DNA of 64,000 nt. It comes from Octopus sinensis. Taxonomy: Eukaryota. The stretch is from positions 92,442,001-92,506,000 of the forward strand of contig NC_043005.1 of NCBI RefSeq assembly GCF_006345805.1, written 5' to 3'. Position 1 is the first letter of the stretch. The number at the start of each line of letters is the position of its first letter. A program made the translations under genes and the position numbers. Under the pieces are notes generated by a model that saw nothing but the letters and a program-made list of their open reading frames with translations, was not told the DNA's origin and made no database searches. Positions 50,120 to 61,769 of the stretch are shown one piece after another.

Positions 50120-50860
50120 TGTGACATGGATGATTCTTTCTTATCTTGGGATTCACAGTCAAATGGCTGGGTGGAATTGCGTGAAGAATTACACAGATGT
50201 GTAGAATGATCCAGTGGTGTTGCTGGGCTTTGTATTTTTTCATAGCTTCCATGGTTACCGAGATAATCTACTATAATAATACTCTTGTGTTTATGAATGA
50301 GAAAGGAAGGGGTGATAGATGAATAAGGAAGGAAGGGGTGATGTTATACTTGGTAGTGGGATGATGAAAATTGTACACTGGAAAAAATAAATCCAACAGC
50401 GTTTCAACTGTGTGAGTATATGTGTATGTAAAAGGGGGGTATGTGTGTGTGTGTGTGCGTGTATGCGCGCAATGGAAGTGGGATGGTTCATTTTTGTTCC
50501 CTAAGTATTTGGGTTTATTTTTTGATTTGGTTGAATCTTGGTTTTTTTTTTTGTTTGTCAGTTATTTTTAGCGTTTTGACAGAAAAAAGTCATTCTAAAA
50601 TTGTTTTTTAATGTAAGCGTGCCCAAACAAGTTGAATGCTTACACAGAGTAGGTTTTGCAGCCACATCATCCAAACTGACTGGGTGAAACAGGGCGGGCT
50701 TAGCTGCTAGTGATATATATGTCAGCTACATGATACTTCCTTTGTTAAAACTTTCTAGAGCTCCTTCAGTAATTTTTTGTTTACAGTGCTCTACTCAAAA
50801 AATTTTTGAATCTTGGACAAAGTATTAACTGAATTATAAATTTACAGTTTTGAATAAAGT

Positions 50861-50900
<40 letters not shown>

Positions 50901-51569
50901 TATGTAACAGGAATTTAAAAAAAAACACACACACAAAGTTGATGACAAGGAAATACATACAAAACTGGAAATAGCAATTAAGGGTTGGTCATATTAAAAA
51001 AAAACTATCTTCATTAATAAACCCTTTATTCTACTCTAATCTGGGTAGACATTAGTACTCTTTTTAAAAGTCCCATTCATTTATATCACAGTTTATTCTT
51101 GACAAAATCAATTCACAAAGAGCTGCATTTTGAGGAGATAATTAAAAAAAAAAAACAAAGAAAAGTCAGGTGTATAACTTAGTCAAAATATAAAGAGTTT
51201 CATAAAAAATAAATGAATTGTTTAAAGTTTGGCTTACTGTTAGGTTCATGTGTTTTTTTTTTATTTTTAAAGAACATATCAAATAAGCTAAAGTTTAACA
51301 ATGTATTGCCTTATTTGCGTAGCAGTTCCAGCCTCTAGTTACTGTCCAAAAGTAGAGAGAATGAAATGAATCTGAAATGACTACCTCATGATTGTTATTT
51401 GAAAGCTTTACCAGTGATTTACTGATTTCAAATATAAACAGGCATACTTAGAGTTGTTGGAATCATAACTAACAAATAGATATTAATATAACAGTGCACA
51501 TACACATGCACACACGTACACATCCATATGCATTTGTACACTTATAACTATTATTTTGATTTTATGATA

Positions 51570-52814
51570 TTAATAACATCTTTTCGTTGAATATGGGTAT
51601 TTTGTTTTCAGTTCTTCTTTAAATTTCCGAAATAACAAACGGTTTTGATTCAACTCTTTAATTTTGTTATTGTGGAAGTTTGTTGATGTCTTTAAGCCTT
51701 GATGAACAATAAATGCATTACTCAGAACATTAAACGTATATCCAGCAATATGCAGCTCACATACATTGCTAATTCGGTTAAAACCATATTGTTTAAATCG
51801 TTCATCATAAGCTGGCACAAAATGTCGGGTAATAAAAAATGGTTCCCAAGGGTCTTTCCAGGGAATGTTGTAAGCTACTTTCATGTAAGAACCATCAATT
51901 TCTCTCCAAGTTTCATAGTCCGTATGCTGCTGACATTTCCAGCAGACTTCAAAATAAAAAGGTCGAACCTGTAGATTATCCCATTTTTTCAAAAGATCTT
52001 TCTTGTCAATGGGCACTGAAACATTCAAATTTGATTCAAAACTTGGAACAACAAAAGCTGTTAAATTTGGTAAAAATGTATCTGCAACTTTAATGAATTC
52101 AGAGAAATTATTTCTTAATCCAGCCGAAGGAAGCATATCAATGTCAATCATAAAAATAAATTCAGTTCTGGAATTCTTTATCGCAAAATTTCGTAGAACA
52201 TTATGAGGATATTGAATATTGTCAAAGCTATAATTTGGAATGTTGGATGCAAGTATATTTGGTAAGTCTTCACAAGACACAATTGAAGATTCATAACTGT
52301 TGTGAAGATTTCTAGGATATCTTTGCAAAGGATAAACAAGATGGAATGAAACCATTTCCAAAACAATCGGATTACATTTCCGTAAAGCTGCAATTGTCAA
52401 TAGAGCAGTGACAATGTAATTGTCAAATGCGAAAATTGTTACAGATATTGGGCCTTCCCATTGATTTGCCAATTTGACAATGTATTGTATGTTATTGAGT
52501 GATGTCTGAGTTACCACAGTAACATCATACCTTTCACGAGTAGGTTTAGATGTAGACAGGGAGTAATGACTGCAAAGAGCTACGTCTGCGATCATATGGT
52601 AAGATCCGGAGGAATCAAGTTTATAGGATTCATATATTTTCTTAATCATTTCTGAAACCTCATTTTTTTTTGCAGTTTTTGTATTGCCTCTTATCTTTGA
52701 TAGGAGAATTATGTGTGTGATTTGTATAACTACAATGAGTAGGAAGAATAAAATTATCAATTTGGATAATGTTAACCTCCGCTGTTTTGAGTAAAGCTTC
52801 CATCTACAAAGCAT
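51570..52814 (-). CDS. B4GAT1: Beta-1,4-glucuronyltransferase 1 (GT49 family), intronless CDS, 414 aa
   Basis: N-terminal transmembrane anchor (LIILFFLLIVVIQITHIILL), DIDM DxD motif, WEPF, QYGFNRIS, CELHIAGY and C-terminal ELKTKYP...RC. First in-frame ATG at 52814 (the track start at 52859 is TTG). Acceptor ttccacag at 52969 opens the exon. Confidence 0.92.
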   Translation of the reverse strand: MLCRWKLYSKQRRLTLSKLIILFFLLIVVIQITHIILLSKIRGNTKTAKKNEVSEMIKKIYESYKLDSSGSYHMIADVALCSHYSLSTSKPTRERYDVTVVTQTSLNNIQYIVKLANQWEGPISVTIFAFDNYIVTALLTIAALRKCNPIVLEMVSFHLVYPLQRYPRNLHNSYESSIVSCEDLPNILASNIPNYSFDNIQYPHNVLRNFAIKNSRTEFIFMIDIDMLPSAGLRNNFSEFIKVADTFLPNLTAFVVPSFESNLNVSVPIDKKDLLKKWDNLQVRPFYFEVCWKCQQHTDYETWREIDGSYMKVAYNIPWKDPWEPFFITRHFVPAYDERFKQYGFNRISNVCELHIAGYTFNVLSNAFIVHQGLKTSTNFHNNKIKELNQNRLLFRKFKEELKTKYPYSTKRCY

Positions 52815-55749
52815 TTTAGAAGAAAAACTGAAGTTAGCAGTTAGAGTTGAGAGATGCAAAATAGAGGACTTCCCAAGTGGTTTCTACAAATAGATGTTAT
52901 CATACATTTCTAAAGCAGCATTAGAGCCATTCCACAACAACTTTTTTTCTCTTTCTCCTTATTGTTGTCTGTGGAAATAAATAAATAAAGAAAAAAATTT
53001 ATATAAAATACTTCATTTTCAAGGAATATGCTTAAAGACAATATTGAAAAAGAAAAAAAATCTGTAAACAGTTTTAATCCTTTAACATTCAGACTATTTT
53101 ATCAGGAAATGTTACGCTTATTTACTTACATTGTTTTGAATTAAGCATGCATTATCTGGTAGCTTCAAGATTTCGAATGATGTGATTGTTTACTTTTAGA
53201 ATGACATTCCCAGGTAAATATGAGAGGCCAGATCCAGGTAGAATATGGCCGATTTAAAAGCTGAAGGGTTAGAATATGAAGTAGGTCATATTAACAGCCA
53301 ACATCGTTTACAAATGAAATTATTGTACACAGTGCTCAGGTGCACCACAAATACGTGTGTGTATCTTTAATATTGAAAGTTAGATGCTAAGTAACCTCTC
53401 TTACGTGCCGTGAACGATTTCAATGACACTGGTGGCTCTCCTAACAATCCTCGATCAAGGGTGTTGCACAAAACTACTGAACGGATGGACTGATATGTTC
53501 ACTGGTTGTTGAGGAAAAACAGAAAAACAACTACAGCTGACATTTGGCCTTGTCTAAATTGGTGTCACTACAATCAAAAATTTGACGCAAGAGCAGAGGA
53601 ATTAGATGCATCTTACACATGAGTTGAAGTTTAATTTGTTCAGCAGGGTTGGCTGAGTGTAAGCTCCATGCCAAACAGGAGAATAATTTCACCCAGAGTG
53701 CATGAATCTAATAGTGATATCTATCATTATTTGAAGCTGTATGTCTGCAAAAAGACTGGATTCCATACATCAGATAAAAGGTAACATGAACAATACAACA
53801 AATGTGGAAATCTTAGAGAAGACTATGCTTCTATATGCCACAAGTCATTTGACTCTTTTGTGAATTTTTCAGTAAGATATTTTCAAAACATTCTGCAGGA
53901 ATAATCAAAGAATTCATCAAAAGTAAGAAAATCTGCATGTTGCAATAGCTATCATAATCTTCAAATTTAAATCTGGTAGTAAAACAGTGGAAGAATTGAC
54001 ACAAGTGCTCAATGACAGAAGTCCATGAAATTGGGTGAATTCTATGGTTATATGGTGGAAATAACAGGATCATTTAACTTATTGGAGATGTGATTTGATT
54101 CAATTTTGAGAAATTTCTGGTACCTAATCAAAAATTAGTGCCCTATAATTTTATTCTTTCCACATTGTTGAAAAAAAAATTGATTTAAATATTTTGAAAC
54201 TTGGTAAAATTTAGTCATTTTTGTGGCATTGTTGATACTATCAATAATTGCATTAGGTAAATCTAAAATGTTCGTGATTAAACTTACATTTGACTGCCAT
54301 TTCTAGCATGTCAAACGCTCACCTGGAGGCTACCTCGTTGATTTCAAAAGTAGTTTCAAGTGAAAAATGAAACTAGGCTGAAACGATTTTGAATAAGGAC
54401 CGAGTAACAGGATCAAAGCGATTACAGGGGGATTGTGTATTTATAAAGAAAATTCATGTGATACCTTACTTAAAATTCACACATCTAAAATTGTAACCTT
54501 CATTAATTGTTACAAAGGCTCTAAATGTTCATGAATTATAACCAACAACTACAAATACGCAGATAAACCTCGTTCAGGGGCCACTCATGAATTCGTCCAG
54601 TTCATTAAATAGGAGAGATAAATGAGAGGTTTTGTCTCAGCAGCTATTTAAATAATGTTTAGAGCTACCGGAGTTTGGCACGAATTTTTAAGCCTATTTC
54701 GTAAAGATTCGGTTAAAGGAGAGTTGTCTGAAATCAGGTCAGTCCTGACCGAGTTGATCAATGATCATAGGCATTCTGACCACAATCATTTGCCCTTTAT
54801 TCAAACCTAAAGTATTCAGGACGACATAGTCTTATATACCTTCTTTGTTTTTCCTTTTTTTCAAAAACATTAAGGCGACTTTGCTGCTATGTCAGGCAAA
54901 CAGAACTACACTGACGCCCGCTCGTTTAAAAGGAAGTGAAAACTTCATTTATTAACCATCAAAATAGAAGATATAGCTTTTATAAACTATCAAAGCTGAC
55001 ATCTAAATAAAATTAAATTTGTATCAGGAAAGAATCTGTATACAAGATCATATCTTAGTTTATATTTTTCTAAAGGAAAACTGTTTCGATTTTGTTTTAA
55101 AAGACGATGACGAATTCGTTTATAAACAACTGAAATATCAAAAACAAAGTAGTCTCAGTGTCTCTAAATGTCAGATAATAGTTTTGTTCAGCAGGCAGTG
55201 AGAACTTTCCAAATAACATAAATTCTGTTGAATGAGTTTTGAAAAATACGCAATTTTAATTAAATTGATTTGTATTCTATTTAAAAGTAAACATACATTC
55301 TTAATGCGGAAACAAATTTGTTTTCAACGGTTTACAATATACCAATTATGATAACCGTAACAGCAATTGTAAAACGGCTGACTGAAGCATAAATAGGAAC
55401 CAAAAAATTCAAAACCAGTTGATTAATTAATAAAAACCAAAGAATGGCTGCGATGTTTCTGTTGTCGAGGACTGTTACTTCTGAGCAAAATTTCAACAAA
55501 ATGAACTGCACATACTTACCAATAAAGGATCTAAGTAAATCCATACCACAATAATACAAAGGTGAAACAGCAAAAATGTATGAACAAAATAAAAGACTAT
55601 AAGTAAATCGGGATTTTGTATAAAATACCTGGAATAAATACCTGGAAGAAAGCAAAGGAGTTGAGAGTTAGAGTTATTTGCCCTTTCTATGAAACTGGGA
55701 TTCGCCAAACCAAAAACGGAATTCCAATAATCTATGGTTTTAATAATAT

Positions 55750-56132
55750 ACTAGCAGTATCGCCCGGCGTTGCTCGGGTTTGTTTCGACCCTTTAGAATT
55801 GGAATTTTTGAAAAGTAAAAATTTTGCATTGTTATTCTCTTTAAGTGAACATTTTTCTGGTTGAAATACACCGAAAAATGACGACACAGCAGTTAAAAAA
55901 TCGTAAAAAAATAGGGATTTTCTTAGAAAAAAAGCACCTTTTTGATGTAAATAATTTTCGGTGTTAACATGGTCCGATTTGAATTTTTTCTTCTACGGAA
56001 GGAAGAGCAAGCCTTCTTCTATCATACTCTCAATTTTGGTCAACTTGTGCCGCAGGATCTCGGAGGAGATAGTGTTAGTTGAAAGCTACCAAACCTGCCA
56101 CACACACACACTTCAGTTTTATATAGAGAGAT
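55750..56132 (+). mobile_element. Helentron-associated (HINE/DINE-1-like) element
   Basis: 5' ACTAGCAG..CGCCCGGCGTTGCTCGGG hairpin, internal (CA)n, and 3' TTTTATATAGAGAGAT end. Confidence 0.65.
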
Positions 56133-56331
56133 TAACTTTGAAATTTTATTACGTTCTTTAAGGAAATTATATATTATTATTGATTTCTTACATCGACAAA
56201 TATTGAATATTAAAAGTTCGTCGCTCAACGCTTTCTGCTAATAAAATGTCTTCTTGGGAAAAAGACCTTTTGTAAATCTTGTCTCCTAAAATATCCAGAA
56301 GTAACATAGCAGGTTTATTCATAGTCACAGT

Positions 56332-56813
56332 CAGGGCTAAATTTAAACCTAGTGGGAGCCCTGGGCCAATAGTTTTTTGGGAGCGCTATATGATTTTGTA
56401 TACGTTTTCAGAAAAAAATATATGTTCTAAGTATTTTATTAAAAAGGTACTACTTAAAAATGAAGATCTCATTCAAAACAAGGATAGTGGAGAGGGCTCC
56501 CATAAAATCTAGGGATCCCAAACAGTTTGAAGAGGCTCAAAACTTTAAAAAGTCTCGGTAGATTCAGCAGGACTCAGTTAAATTAAATGGCTTCTTAAAT
56601 TTAAAAGGGCCTAATAAATTAAAAGAGGGTTCAATAATTTTTTTTAAATTCTAAATGAGTAAAAAATATTACAAATTTTATATTTGATGGCAATAAATAT
56701 ATTTTTTTTAATTTTTAGCTCCAGGCTTTTGATTTCTCTGAGTGAAAGGGGCCTCCAATGCTTGGGGCTCCTGGGCCATGACCCATATTGTCTCATACAT
56801 AAATCAAGCCCTG
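56332..56813. mobile_element. hAT-type MITE
   Basis: TIR CAGGGCT(aa/tg)ATTTA (12/14 match). 8-bp flanks gtcacagt / gccatagt (6/8 match). Confidence 0.65.
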
Positions 56814-58994
56814 GCCATAGTCATCTCTATTCTATATTGTACTTCATATAAACACTATTTTTAGAAAATGTTTACAACCCTTTCATACCTGTAATTTTTT
56901 TCTGTATTTAAGCTGTTGTCTGGGACATAACATTACAAGGGCTTCTGAGATCAAGTTATGTCAGAATGCTTTAATTTAAACATTTAAAATGAGAGATTTG
57001 TATGACAGAACCAGAGGTGGTCTTTCAAATATCATATTATGAAGTCATTAGGTCTAAATTTCCTTTTCAATATTATTAGTTAGAGTTGAAGAGGAAGTAC
57101 TCATGACAGGAAAATAATTTCACTCAGAGTGCATGAATCTTCCTTACCAATGATGTTCAGTTTAAATTTCGATGGATATCTAAATAAAAAGTAGACAGAG
57201 TGAAATGACAAGGCAAAGTATATCAGTTAGGCAGGAGACACACAGTAAAGAAGATGCAGGGGGATGCATTGAGCTGATTGTGGTAGACATGGTAGGTACT
57301 TTTCTTTCTTTAGTGAAGAAGGAGTTGCTTGTAGTTGATGTAGAAGAGGAAGAAAGAAAAAGTAATGGTTTTGTTACTCAATGTAGTATGTTGCTGATTG
57401 AATTTTTGTCAATCAATTAAATAGCCATTGTGAGATGGATTCTAGAATGTTTGTATATGTAGTGCATCTTACATGCATGAAGTGGATTTGATCCACCACA
57501 GCTAAATTTAAATTAACACTGCTACAGAACTTTTCGCATGGTGGAACAATGGTTTTTCTCTGACAACAGTTTTACATTTGCCAGATTGCCTTAGCTAGGC
57601 CAAAATAATGTCTTCAGCACTTGACCCTTTCTACTTTCTAACCTCTTCTACTTCACCAAAAGCTAGAATAGAGATAACAAGACCACCAGCTAAATCTATT
57701 GTTCTCAATGATATGTCTATCATTCTGGATGGTTATAAAAGCAAGAACCCCTAAGCAAAAAGCAAGTAGTCACTTGGCAACAACTGAGCGAAGCGGCTCA
57801 TGACGTTTCAATTAGTTAGGGAACGGACTGCTAGAATCATGATCACAAGAAATGCAGCTACTAAAGATAATGGTCAGTGAGAGAAATGAATTTTACTGTC
57901 AACAACTGTGAGAAAACGTCCCACAACCCTACAACTTTCACTAGCTCTAATTCTGTTCTCTTACATCATCTATTGCTATCTGTGGATTACTACTAACAAT
58001 TTGTGTACGCCAAACTATGCAAAAAAAAAAATTCTACCACATCTAACTTTCTTTCACATGCTCTCGGATTTTATAACCTGCCCGTCAAAGTATGGTATTT
58101 TTCAACGTAACAGTAAACAAATACTTTCTTAAAACTTCATGCATTGTTCATCTTTCACATCCTACAGTATGCAGTTATAACAACAAATTTTTATTGTTAC
58201 AGCTGCTGACTCCGACATTTCATATTATTGAGTAACTAATCAAGCTTAATCATTACATATATGTAGTACCACCATCCCCACCTCATATATATATGGCAGC
58301 AGTGAATCAGGTTGCACTCAATTATTATTATTATTTATATATTTATTTTGTAAAAGAGTATATATGATATATGAAATGTTGAAATATAGAACTGTCACTA
58401 AACCAACTTGAAGTGAAGACCACCATACTGAATTGACCTTGTATGCATGTAAAAAATCTTTTTCGAAATTATTTTAATATTTGTCTATCAAATACCCTTA
58501 TCTTTAAAAAGAATATTCAGTCAGGGTTGTGGGCTCAGGAGGTTTGTTTTGTAACCATATAGCTTTGGGTTCAGTCCCACTGTGTGGTACCATAGGCAAG
58601 TGTCTTCTATTATAACTTCAAGCTGAGCAATGATTTGTGAGTGAATTTGATAGGCAGAAATTGTGTTGTTATTCAGTTTCATTTCAAGATTTTTTTGCCA
58701 ATAGAGAGAAAGCCAGTTTCTAACCTAGATCCAAGGCTCCTTCATTGGAATTTCAACATTAACAGGATATTTTTGTATATATGTATATATGCAGATTTGT
58801 ATGTTTTCTTTTATATATGTATTTTTGTGCATATAGTTGCATATCTAGACATGCTCATATATACTTAAATGATAAACTTCTGGAAAGTTTTACAGATTTT
58901 TACAGTTCCAGTGATTGATTGGATCTGTAGTCTTCGAATTAGCTTTCTCCTTTCTGGTTTTAAGAAGCCTAATTTCCCAAGATTGGTATTTCAT

Positions 58995-60190
58995 CAAAGG
59001 AAAATTAACTGAGAAGATTGCTTTCATGTGCGGCAAATGCACAGGGGCAATAGACATCACAAATACTCAGAAAACAGATTCCATTACACTCCAGGGGAAG
59101 AAACTAGAAGTAGTTGATAGTTTCCGCTACCTAGGTGACCAAGTTAGTAGTGGGGGTGGATGCTCAGAGAGTGTCACCACTAGAATACAAATAGCCTGGG
59201 CAAAGTTTAGAAGGCCTCTACCCCTACTGGTGACAAAGGGTCTCTTGCTCAGAGTGAAAGGTAGATTGTATGATGCATGTGTACGAACTGCCATGCTTCA
59301 CGGTAGTGAAACATGGGCTGTGACTACAGAGAACATGCGTAGGCTTGAAAGAAATGAAGGTAGCATGATCCGCTGGATGTGTAATGTCAGTGTGCACACA
59401 CGACAGAGTGTAAGCGCCCTGAGAGAAATGCTGGACATAAGAAGCATGCAAGAGAGATGTTTGCACTGGTATTGTCATGGATGAGGAGAGATGTGTGAAG
59501 AAGGAATCCGGGGTAGAGGTAGACCCAGAAAGACATGGGATGAGGTGGTCAAGCATGACCTTCGAATGTTGGGCCTCACAGAGACAATGACGAAAGACTG
59601 AGATCTCTGGAGATATGCTGTGACTGCAAAGACCCGACAAATAACATCAGTTTATGGCTGTTTCCTGCACCAATAAATAACGTGAGTTCATGGCTGTTTC
59701 CTGCACCAGCTTCATATAGAAGCCCCAGCCCATCAAAAGTAACTTGGATCACAGGATGGCCTGCTGTGCTTACCTTGGATTGTAGGGCGACCTGCTGTGC
59801 TTGAGGAGATCTATTGAGTCAAGTACATCAACATCAAGATAAAAATTAAATGGAAATTGTAGTTGTGATACCTGTGCCAGTGGCACGTAAAAAGCACCAT
59901 CTGAACATGGCCGATGCCAGCGCTGCCTTGACTGGCTTCCATGCCAGTAGCACATAAAAAGCACCAACTGATAGTGGCCGTTGCCAGCCTCCCCTGGCAC
60001 CTGTGCTGGTGGCACGTAAAAAGCACCCACTACACTCACGGAGTGGTTGGCGTTAGGAAGGGCATCCAGCTATAGAAATACTGCCAGATCAGACTGGAGC
60101 CTGGTCTAGCCTCCTGACTTCTCAGACCCCGGTCAAACCATCCAACCCATGCTAGCATGGAAAACAGACGTTAAACGATGATGATGATGT
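58995..60190 (+). mobile_element. 5'-truncated RTE LINE
   Basis: FMCGKC..FRYLGDQVSSGGGC..LYDACVRTAMLHGSETW, 3'UTR repeats and (GAT)n tail. Confidence 0.93.
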
Positions 60191-60210
60191 AAATGCATAC
60201 AACAGAATCA

Positions 60211-60244
<34 letters not shown>

Positions 60245-61418
60245 GGTGTATTATATTATTCTTATCAGATAAAGTATAAACAGAGGAAAGAGAAAATTAT
60301 TAAAAGAGAAATAATAGTGGGATTTAAATAATCAATCTGGTTTAAGGGTATTGTATTCTTGTAGGAATGAAAAGGTCTATAAATGAGGAACACACACACA
60401 CTTATATATATATATGATGTTCAGATGTTCAGAATGCTGGATGGTTGTAAAAATATATATTTATTTACATATCACATATTATTACTTCATATTAGCGCTT
60501 TCAACTACTCCTGTAGTTTCATCAGAAATGTCAGTTTAAAAATTTTTGCCTGTATTTATATTATTGGTAAATGAAGTGGGGAGAGAGAGTGTGTGTGTGT
60601 ATATATATAATGGGGAAGGTGAAAGAGAGAATATGGGTGTGTGTGTTTTAAAACTGTATTTTTCTCTTTTTTCTTTTTTGGGTCTTTTTGTATTTTTTGG
60701 ATGACACTTGTAAGAAATGGAAAGAGAGAAGGAAAAAGAGGGTTTGTTTTTCAATAGTAGGCGTTGCTATGTATACCCACACATATATCCCTACATATAA
60801 ACATATATATATCCACATACACTCACATATACATATAGAGGAACCTATTGTGTGTGTACATTTTCATAAACATTCATACATACATGTACTGTGTGATCTT
60901 GAAAATGAGAAAGAAAGAAAGGGAAAAAAATAAAAAATAAAAATATAAAGAAAATGTTGTGTCCATTCTTCACATATGTGTGTCTGTATGTGTGTGTGTA
61001 TGTATGTACACATATTGATATGTGTTTAGGTGTATATATATGTATATCAAACTTTGAATGGTCAACCACCTGTTCTTTTAGAAACCCAAGGGAGTGCCAA
61101 GTGAAGAATTATTTTTTTGATTTTTTTTTTGTTAAATATTTAGGTAATTAGATATTGACTATAACTGAGATTAGATTATTTGTGAGTTTATTATGTTTTT
61201 TTAAAGCCATATTATATCTAAATAGATAAATACATTTTCTATCTATTCTTACCTTAAAAATTAATATTTAACATTATAATCGATTGTATGACATACTCAT
61301 AATCGTTAAAGTTTCTAGTTTGATAATAGAGTTTTTTTATAAGAATAATTATTATTTTATTTATTTCTTAAAAAAATCTTGTTTAAATATATTTGATTAT
61401 TTATTTAACTATTATCAT

Positions 61419-61517
61419 TAACCTGAAGATTGACTATAATCATAATTCGAATTATTAATTGAATTTAAATTATTGTTATTCGAATTAGGTTATGGGCATG
61501 AAACGATTGTAGTGGTT
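61419..61517 (+). ncRNA. Degenerate hammerhead motif with long stem II, inside a PLE-type LTR (about 61150-61745)
   Basis: aac-CTGAAGA-t-TGACTATAATC-ATAATTCGAAT..ATTCGAATTA-GGTTATGGGCA-t-GAA-ACGATTGT-A-GTGGTT. Stem I is weak. Confidence 0.45.
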
Positions 61518-61769
61518 TTAATTTTTATCTTATATTAAACTTTTTAATACATATATATATTTAATAAAAGAAAAATTTTTAATATATATATATATATGAA
61601 TTTATAAATATAAATTAATAATTTTAAATTTTTAACTTTAAATTTAAATTTTGAATTTTATATTTTATATTAATTAATTTATTTCTGTTTTGGATTATGT
61701 TTTTCACTGTTTGATTTGCCTAATAGTGGTTTTATCTCTAATTTAATTTATATATATATATATATATAT

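Noticed and set aside
50120-50210. Coding-looking peptide DMDDSFLSWDSQSNGWVELREELHRCVE* on the plus strand
   Set aside because: No splice acceptor or upstream exon, a stop lies shortly upstream in frame even if the insert is removed, and I recognise no homology.
50841-51320. Possible spliced-out 3'UTR intron explaining the junction in the B4GAT1 duplicate
   Set aside because: Boundaries are not GT-AG on either strand.
52815-52859. 15-aa N-terminal extension of B4GAT1 in the ORF track
   Set aside because: It starts at TTG. The first ATG (52814) gives a normal type II membrane topology and length.
53873-53922. Possible 50-nt plus-strand exon (ttttcag ... gtaaga)
   Set aside because: No partner exons or recognisable protein, and the surrounding sequence looks like decayed repeat.
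53682-57140. 28-nt near-identical motif at 53682-53709 and 57113-57140
   Set aside because: Flanks do not align convincingly by eye; most likely two old fragments of one LINE-like repeat.
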